From an uncultured Coriobacteriaceae bacterium (GTDB lineage: Bacteria; Actinomycetota; Coriobacteriia; Coriobacteriales; CADBOM01), in contig CAZPAN010000003.1 of the NCBI GenBank assembly GCA_964584585.1, positions 1 through 30,673 of the forward strand: a stretch of DNA of 30,673 bases. The letters are read 5' to 3'. Both the position numbers and the translations under genes were made by a program. A model generated the notes under the pieces. It was given only the letters and a program-made list of their open reading frames with translations. It had not been told where the DNA came from and did not search any database. Shown piece by piece: positions 24,531-30,673 of the stretch. Each line of letters opens with the position of its first letter. Positions within the stretch are counted from its first letter, which is position 1.

Positions 24531-26420
24531 CTAGAACTCCTGAGCGGTTGGAGTGGCCCTGACCTCCAGCGGGGCGTCGCCGGCCGCAGACGAGGTGGTC
24601 ACCGTGTAGGTTAACGTGATGGTCTCGCCGGGCTGCAGGTGGGTGTCAGCGAACACCACTTCGATACCGTTGTAGCTGCCCTCCTGCAGCACGATGTCGT
24701 CACGGCCCGTCGCGACGACATCGTCAACAGAGCCACCGGCCGGAGCGTAGAGATGGAACCTCAGAAGCTCGTCCGCCCTGCTGAGAGCCGCCTCGTTCCA
24801 CGCGCGCACGTACTCGGGGATGCTGCTCTCCATGCTCGGGTCGAGGGTGTTGGTCATCTTCACGTTCATCTGATAAGTGGACGTCCCGTCGGAATTCACC
24901 GTCTGCTCGCCCACGGTCACCTCTAGATCGAGGTACCAATCGAGCTTCGACCAGCTGTAGTTGCTAACGTACACGCCGGTCTCGGCGACCGTCGTGTCGG
25001 TGGAGATGGCACCGGAGAAGTCGAGTTCCTCGATCAGGGCTTGCTCCTCCTCGTCAGCCATCCAGACGAAGAAGCGGTAATCGTCGACACCCTCCGCCCA
25101 TGCGGTGAGCATCGGAACCAGAGTGGAGGATCCGATGCCGTTCATGATGACGTCGAATGCCTGGGATGCAACATCCGCGAACACTTCGTCCTGCGTGTCG
25201 CCGTCCGAATAGAGCCAATAGATATCGCTCATCAGGTACTGCGCGGTGTTGGAGCCGTCCAGGTAGGTCCCATCGGAAGCGGTCACGCCGCCCATGATGG
25301 AAAGAAAGCTCTGCAGCAAAACCGGATCTAGGGCGAACACGCCGTCGATCGTGCCGCCGTACAGGGTTGTCCAAAACTGCGAGATCCTGCTCGCGGTACG
25401 TGGGAAATCGGGGTTGTAGAGAGAGTCGCCGGCCGTGACCGTCATCGCCTCGCCGCTAAACTCGCCGCCTTGGAACAGATAGTACTCCTCGTCGGTGATG
25501 GACACCGATTGAGAGCTATCCACCCACATCACCGAGCTGAATTCTCCGAGCGAGATGACGCCGTCGGTTATGGTGACAAGCCCCTGCGCTCCTGCGAATC
25601 CGCCGCCAGCGCGGATCTCCGCGTTGTTCATCGCGACCACAAGATAGTTCCTGGTCTGCCCATCCGCGCCCAGCATCTCGGGGAGCACCGACGCCAGCTC
25701 ACTGGTCGTCTCCGCGAAATCCGCGACCGTCCCCATTCCGCTCTTCGCGATATCTATAACCGAGGCGAGCTGATCGATATGCACCTCTCCGATGCTCTGA
25801 ATCGACTCGTTAGCGGATTCGATGATCGGAGCGGCCTCCACCAGACCGTCCGCGAGAAGGGTCAGGCTATCGACATCTATCCGGCCGTCGGCGTACAGCG
25901 TGTCGAGGGAGATGCTGCCGATTACGTCGGACATCGGGGCCAGGGCCTCCGATGCAAGGTCGTCAATCGCTATGACGAGGGTCCTCGCCGCAGAAATGTC
26001 CTCGCCCAGAACAGGGATGAAACCGCCCAGAATCCAGAGCGGACCGCTGACTTCATTCCGCATCGCCGAAGTCTGCTCCGCAAGCACGTTTATATCCGAC
26101 GCCAGACCCTCGCTGTCGCCGTTCGAGATCTTTTCCTGTATCCCCTGCGCGGTGACCATGGCCGTGCGGGCCTCGTCCATCACGGCCATCGCGGAGCGGT
26201 AGAGCAGAAAGCCGCTTATTCCCAGAATCACCACAAGCGCGACCACGACCGAGACCACAGTGATGATGATCTTCTTGCGCCTGTCGCGTCTTCTGCGCCT
26301 TCTGCGTTTTCTACGCTCGGGCGAATGGCCGGCATGCTTGCCTCGTCTGGAATGCGCACCCACGTTGTCGATGAAAAGATCTGCGGTGATCGACTCGTCC
26401 TGGATGTGTCGTGCTGACAT
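24531..26420 (-). CDS. DUF4012 domain membrane-anchored protein
   Basis: Poly-Arg N-terminus, one TM helix, helical stalk, and YLVVAMNNAEIRAGGGFAG ...PDFP... SKLDWYL typical of DUF4012. ATG 26420 after GGGAG. Confidence 0.8.
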   Translation of the reverse strand: MSARHIQDESITADLFIDNVGAHSRRGKHAGHSPERRKRRRRRRRDRRKKIIITVVSVVVALVVILGISGFLLYRSAMAVMDEARTAMVTAQGIQEKISNGDSEGLASDINVLAEQTSAMRNEVSGPLWILGGFIPVLGEDISAARTLVIAIDDLASEALAPMSDVIGSISLDTLYADGRIDVDSLTLLADGLVEAAPIIESANESIQSIGEVHIDQLASVIDIAKSGMGTVADFAETTSELASVLPEMLGADGQTRNYLVVAMNNAEIRAGGGFAGAQGLVTITDGVISLGEFSSVMWVDSSQSVSITDEEYYLFQGGEFSGEAMTVTAGDSLYNPDFPRTASRISQFWTTLYGGTIDGVFALDPVLLQSFLSIMGGVTASDGTYLDGSNTAQYLMSDIYWLYSDGDTQDEVFADVASQAFDVIMNGIGSSTLVPMLTAWAEGVDDYRFFVWMADEEEQALIEELDFSGAISTDTTVAETGVYVSNYSWSKLDWYLDLEVTVGEQTVNSDGTSTYQMNVKMTNTLDPSMESSIPEYVRAWNEAALSRADELLRFHLYAPAGGSVDDVVATGRDDIVLQEGSYNGIEVVFADTHLQPGETITLTYTVTTSSAAGDAPLEVRATPTAQEF

Positions 26421-26508
26421 ATCGTTAGCTCCCATCGGGAATTGCTAGGGATCAAAATGCCAAAGAACTTTCACAGTTTACAATAAGCGCCAACCCTATC
26501 AAACGAGG

Positions 26509-26574
26509 GTCTAGCGTTTCATGTCGGGGCCCTGGGCGCCCGTCTAGCGTTTCACGTCGGTGTCCTGGGTGTCC
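26509..26574. repeat. 33-bp tandem repeat, 2 copies
   Basis: GTCTAGCGTTTCATGTCGGGGCCCTGGGCGCCC / GTCTAGCGTTTCACGTCGGTGTCCTGGGTGTCC, 28/33 identical, no spacer. Confidence 0.85.
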
Positions 26575-26794
26575 ATCTCCACCTCGTATACGTCGACATC
26601 GATTCCGAGAACCGCGTCCGACGCCTCCAAGCTGTCCATCTGGCCTGGAGCTTCTCGTCGACGACCTCGCGCATCCATCTTAAGGGATATGCCGATCAGT
26701 TCATTCCGCCCGCCTCCGGCGCAGGAGTATCAGGCGACGCGGCAGCGGAATCGCAGGCCTTAGGCGGCGATTCTCCAAACCTTTTCAAATAGTA

Positions 26795-26824
26795 TTGCTT
26801 TTAAAGTTAGCAAAGCTAACATAT
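26795..26824 (+). promoter_or_regulatory. tetR promoter with overlapping operator dyad
   Basis: TTGCTT-N16-TAACAT with AAGTTAGC-AAA-GCTAAC (26804-26820) across the spacer and -10. Confidence 0.72.
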
Positions 26825-26891
26825 GTCTCATCGGATCAGAAGCGCTAACACAACGTCGTGGCGACATCGATTTCATGAGAGGGGGAGTCTC

Positions 26892-27683
26892 ATGGAAAAC
26901 TCGAAACGCAAGTACATCGAGGCCACGTACGAGCTTCTTCGCGACGAGGGCCTCGAGAGCGCGACCATCCGCAACGTCGCCAAACGGGTTGGATGCAGCA
27001 ATCCCGCCATCTACCGGCATTTTCGTGATCTGGACGAATTGATCTCCATCGCATCGCTGCGCTTTTTGCACGACTATTCCGAGGATGCCCGCACATTGTC
27101 CCAGGTCGATCTCAATCCCCTGGAGCTGAACCTCCAGCTGTGGGAGTGCCTTGCCTACTACTCGTTCGAGTACGCACCGATCATGAAGAGGTTCTTCTTC
27201 CCGAAGAACCCCGAGACCTCTTTTCACAAGGCGGACGTCGAGGAGTACTATCGCTGCTTTCCCGAGGACATCGTCGACTTCAAGTCCTTCATGCTCGACA
27301 TGTTCCAGAACTGGGATCTCCGCAAGCGCAACTCGATTCTTCTGCATCGGGCCGTCGAGAACGGGATGCTCGATGCCGACGTCGCGGATCGTCTCATCGA
27401 CATCGATATCCTTCTGTTCAGGGGCATGCTCGCCTCCCTCGAGAACACATACCGAGACAAGAACGCCGCCCGTGCGGCCGCGCGGCGCTTCATGCAGCTC
27501 ATCGTCGAGGACTACCAGCTGCGCCTCAAGCCCGGGTTCTCGATTCTGGTCGTCACCCCCGAAAGCCCTTCTCTGCGCATCGACAAGATCGTCGACGGTG
27601 CCAGCGAATACAGAGTCGTTCCCAATCATCCCGACTCTGCACAAAACGATGACAACGCATCCCAAGAGAAAGGAAGTGTATGA
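26892..27683 (+). CDS. TetR/AcrR-family transcriptional regulator
   Basis: YIEATYELLRDEGLESATIRNVAKRVGCSNPAIYRHFRDLDEL HTH. ATG 26892 after GGGGGAG. Confidence 0.93.
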   Translation: MENSKRKYIEATYELLRDEGLESATIRNVAKRVGCSNPAIYRHFRDLDELISIASLRFLHDYSEDARTLSQVDLNPLELNLQLWECLAYYSFEYAPIMKRFFFPKNPETSFHKADVEEYYRCFPEDIVDFKSFMLDMFQNWDLRKRNSILLHRAVENGMLDADVADRLIDIDILLFRGMLASLENTYRDKNAARAAARRFMQLIVEDYQLRLKPGFSILVVTPESPSLRIDKIVDGASEYRVVPNHPDSAQNDDNASQEKGSV

Positions 27684-27757
27684 CGATCGAGACGGAACAT
27701 CGGCTATGGCGAAAACGGAAGCTGGACGTTTTCGCAGCAACAGCCCAGCCCAGCTGA
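27680..27757 (+). CDS. possible 25-aa small ORF coupled to the tetR stop
   Basis: AAAGGAAG-TGT-ATGA overlap; MTIETEHRLWRKRKLDVFAATAQPS. No homology evidence. Confidence 0.2.
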   Translation: MTIETEHRLWRKRKLDVFAATAQPS

Positions 27758-27897
27758 AGAGAAAGGAGATCCAGCCGCGCTACATCCCATCTCCGAACCT
27801 GAAATCTCTTTCGATCAAAGCACCTACCACCGCACGGCAAAGCGAGTAGGACACCAAAAGATCCAGGGCACGAAGTGCCACGCAGAAGGAGGCTGTA

Positions 27898-29346
27898 ATG
27901 ATTCCTTTGATCAACGTATTGACCGAGACCCAGGAGAAGCGAATCCACGACGAGGTCGTCCGCATACTCTCGGAAGTCGGCGTGAGCTTCGAGTACGAGC
28001 CTGCGATCGAGCTCTTCAAGAATCATGGTTTCGAAGTGGACGGGACCATCGTGAAGTTCACCGAGGACCAGATCCTGAAGGCCCTCGACAGCGCTCCTGC
28101 TAGCTTCCCGATGCAGGCTCGCAACCCGGAGCACACCGTGACCTGCGAGAACGGCAGCTTCATCCTGACCCCCTCCTACGGACCGGCATTCGTCTACGAC
28201 GGCCTGACCGGCACACGCAGGGGAACCACCTATGACGACTACAAGAACGTCATCAAGCTCGTGCATATGAGCGAGAACATCAACTCATCTGGCGGCAACG
28301 TGGTCGAGCCATGCGATGTACCCGACGAGATCCGCCACCTGATCATGACCGACGCCCATATCAAGCTCGCCGACAAGACCTTCATGGGCTCGGCGCGTGG
28401 GTACGATAACGCCAAGGACATCTGCGAGATCGCAGCGATCATGTTCGGCGGGCGCGAGGCCATCGAGAAGACTCCGGTGCTCAACACCCTCATCAACTCG
28501 ATCACCCCGCTCATGTTCGACGAGCGTATGACGGGCGCCCTCATCGCCAACGCCGAGTACGGGCAGTCGTGCATGGTGTCGTCCCTGGTTATGAGCGGGT
28601 CCACAGGCCCGGTGACGATGGTCGAGACGCTGGCGATCCAGATCGCCGAGTGCCTCGCGGGAATCGTCCTCACCCAGCTCGTCAAGCCGGGTGCGCCGGT
28701 GATCATGGGTTCGACGTCCGGCCCGTCGGACATGGTGAGCATGGCTCTGACGATCGGCACCGCCGAGACCGCCCTCTACACCGCCGCGACCGCCCAGATG
28801 GGTCGCTTCTACAACATCCCCACGAGGGGCGGCGGAGGCCTCAACGACGGCATCCTCGCCGATGCTCAGGCCGGCTACGAGTCGATGCTGACGCTGATGG
28901 CCGCCGGCGCCTCCGGGATCTCCTACGTCCTGCATGCCGCTGGAATCATGCACTACTACAACGCCTTCAGCTACGATCAGTTCGTGATCGACGATGAGAT
29001 CGCCGGCCTGGTGAAGAAGTTCGTCGCAGGATACGACTTCACCGAGGACCGCTTCGTCTTCGACGACGTTGCGGAGGTCGGCCATGGCGGACACTTCCTC
29101 TATCAGGACAGCACGCTGGAGTTCATGCACGATCTTCGCCGCCCGTTCATCTCGACCCGCGCAGGTTGGGAGGGTTGGAGCGATGCCGGCGAGATGAGCG
29201 TCGCCCAGGTCGCCCGCAAACGCTGGACCACCCAGCTGGAAGAGTACGAGTGCCCCGAGATCGATCCGGCGATGGCCGAGGAAGTCAACGCCTACATCTC
29301 GAAGCGCTGCAACGAACTGATCGGAGAGGAGCCCGAGCTGCTGTAG
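27898..29346 (+). CDS. trimethylamine methyltransferase (MttB) superfamily protein, non-pyrrolysine, MtgB-like
   Basis: IHDEVVRILSEVGV, APASFPMQARNPE, PSYGPAFV, INSITPLMFD, LTQLVKPGAPVIMG, GTAETAL, IPTRGGGGLND, DAQAGYES, LHAAG. No in-frame TAG. RBS AAGGAGG. Confidence 0.92.
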   Translation: MIPLINVLTETQEKRIHDEVVRILSEVGVSFEYEPAIELFKNHGFEVDGTIVKFTEDQILKALDSAPASFPMQARNPEHTVTCENGSFILTPSYGPAFVYDGLTGTRRGTTYDDYKNVIKLVHMSENINSSGGNVVEPCDVPDEIRHLIMTDAHIKLADKTFMGSARGYDNAKDICEIAAIMFGGREAIEKTPVLNTLINSITPLMFDERMTGALIANAEYGQSCMVSSLVMSGSTGPVTMVETLAIQIAECLAGIVLTQLVKPGAPVIMGSTSGPSDMVSMALTIGTAETALYTAATAQMGRFYNIPTRGGGGLNDGILADAQAGYESMLTLMAAGASGISYVLHAAGIMHYYNAFSYDQFVIDDEIAGLVKKFVAGYDFTEDRFVFDDVAEVGHGGHFLYQDSTLEFMHDLRRPFISTRAGWEGWSDAGEMSVAQVARKRWTTQLEEYECPEIDPAMAEEVNAYISKRCNELIGEEPELL

Positions 29347-29399
29347 GAAGCTTACTATGGGGGTGTGAACGAGGCGTCGGTTTGCAGCGCTTGGCCAGC

Positions 29400-29445
29400 G
29401 CAGAAAGACGGCGCGGATCCAAATCGGGTCCGCGCCGTTTTCTGC
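29400..29445. terminator. hairpin terminator after the MttB gene
   Basis: GCAGAAAGACGGCGCGGATCC-AAATC-GGGTCCGCGCCGTTTTCTGC. Confidence 0.75.
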
Positions 29446-29522
29446 ATGCGGGTTGCATATGGGTGATGAAGCGTCCCATGGGACCCGACCCTCCGAGACG
29501 GCGGGGCCGCATCCGTCGCTGA

Positions 29523-30290
29523 TCAGTCTCCGTCTGAAACCCTGGAGAGAAACGCCCTGGTCTCGGGCTGCTGGGGGTGCTCGATGAGCTGGGTGGCGGT
29601 GCCCTCCTCCACTATCGTGCCATTTGCCATGAAGACGATGCGATCGGCGACATCGCGGGCGAAGGCCATCTCATGGGTGACGATCACCATCGTCATGTGC
29701 TCCTCGGCCAGATCGCGGATGACCTTCAGGACCTCGCGCGTGAGCAGGGGGTCCAAAGCGCTGGTGGGCTCGTCGAAGAACAGGACCTGAGGGTTCATGC
29801 ACAGCGCTCGGGCTATCGCGACGCGTTGCTGCTGGCCGCCGGAGAGCTCGCAGGGGACCATGTCGTCCTTTCCCTCCAGGCCCATCTTCTCGAGGAGCTC
29901 GCGGGCCTGCGCGACGGCATCGTCCTCGGTGCGCCTCTGCACGCGCATCGGAGCGTCGATGATGTTTCTCATGACCGTATAGTGGGGGAAGAGGTTGAAG
30001 TTCTGGAACACCAGCCCGAACCTGGAGCGAGCCTTGGCCCTTATCCGACCATTTCCGTAGACGGCCCTGCCCGATTCGTCGTTCTCGGCGACCACCAGAT
30101 CCTCGTACACGAGCTTTCCACTCTCGAAGGTCTCGAGGAGGGTCGCGCAGCGCAGGAGGGTCGACTTGCCACCTCCAGAGGCACCGATAATGCCCACCAC
30201 CTCGCCCTTGTCAACAGAAAGCGAGATGTCTTTCAGGACCTCGGTATCCCCGAAACTCTTATGCACATGCTCGATGCTCATGACAGGCAT
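29523..30290 (-). CDS. polar amino-acid ABC transporter ATP-binding protein (GlnQ family)
   Basis: GASGGGKST Walker A, VFQNFNLFPH, LSGGQQQRVAIARAL, LFFDEPTSALDP, VTHEM. Confidence 0.95.
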   Translation of the reverse strand: MPVMSIEHVHKSFGDTEVLKDISLSVDKGEVVGIIGASGGGKSTLLRCATLLETFESGKLVYEDLVVAENDESGRAVYGNGRIRAKARSRFGLVFQNFNLFPHYTVMRNIIDAPMRVQRRTEDDAVAQARELLEKMGLEGKDDMVPCELSGGQQQRVAIARALCMNPQVLFFDEPTSALDPLLTREVLKVIRDLAEEHMTMVIVTHEMAFARDVADRIVFMANGTIVEEGTATQLIEHPQQPETRAFLSRVSDGD

Positions 30291-30329
30291 GACGTCTCCT
30301 CCGAATCCGATGTGGGGACTGCCATACGG

Positions 30330-30673
30330 CTAGTCATGGTAGTAGGCCATCTTCTTCTCCACGCGGTTCATCAGGAAGGCGACCACGAGATTGAAGATGT
30401 AGTAGAAAATGCCGGCCGCGAAGAAGGCCCACATCTCCCTGGTGCTCGCCACGATCGCCCTGGCTGCGGTGAACATCTCGGCACAGCCGATCGCAAAGGC
30501 CAGCGACGTGTCCTTCACCAGGGTGACGATCTCGTTTGTCATCGGCGGCAGGATCCGCTTGAACACCTGCGGGAAGATGATCTTCATGAACGCCTGCATG
30601 CGCGTGTAGCCCAGCACCTGCGCGGCCTCGAACTGCCCCCTCGGGACGCTCTCGATACCGCTTCGATAGATCT
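30330..30673 (-). CDS. polar amino-acid ABC transporter permease, 5' part outside the window
   Basis: Open to the window edge: IYRSGIESVPRGQFEAAQVLG (EAA loop), LPPMTNEIVTLVKDTSL. Confidence 0.92.
   Translation of the reverse strand, partial: IYRSGIESVPRGQFEAAQVLGYTRMQAFMKIIFPQVFKRILPPMTNEIVTLVKDTSLAFAIGCAEMFTAARAIVASTREMWAFFAAGIFYYIFNLVVAFLMNRVEKKMAYYHD

Noticed and set aside
26509-26574. 33-bp repeat as a CRISPR array
   Set aside because: Only two abutting copies, no spacer, and no cas genes in the window.
29344-29346. Pyrrolysine readthrough of the mttB TAG
   Set aside because: The TAG is at the end of a full-length 482-aa protein and is followed by a terminator. The internal Pyl-equivalent position appears to be Leu, and no pyl genes are present.

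Overview
This 30.7-kb window is a GC-rich chromosomal segment, most likely from a Coriobacteriia actinobacterium. That assignment is inferred from whiA, DUF4012, Gram-positive LexA boxes, gpmI and a terminator-type T-box. The left third is core genome: partial tRNA-Leu(GAG), secG, gpmI-tpiA-pgk-gap, whiA-yvcK-rapZ, nrdR, and divergent lexA with two SOS boxes. The middle is metabolic: nitroreductase-cysK, a Trp T-box controlling a stand-alone trpB2, flavodoxin, an XRE-HTH/aminotransferase fusion, a CoA-disulfide reductase-rhodanese fusion and metF. The right part holds the most interesting signal. A BCCT transporter with a betaine-type motif and a TetR gene followed by a non-pyrrolysine MttB-family methyltransferase lie 5.5 kb apart, yet both carry the same GTTAGC-N3-GCTAAC dyad upstream (21251-21273 and 26802-26824). 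With the adjacent metF, this suggests a TetR-controlled quaternary-amine (probably glycine betaine) uptake and demethylation regulon. A pgm / zinc-ribbon / DUF4012 block sits between the two halves. A second candidate system is the HTH-aminotransferase: it has an array of AATTGAAC repeats over its promoter and a strong internal ribosome-binding site that could yield an HTH-less isoform. The window ends in a polar amino-acid ABC transporter. No mobile element or CRISPR array was seen. All assignments come from motif recognition by eye; no searches were run.
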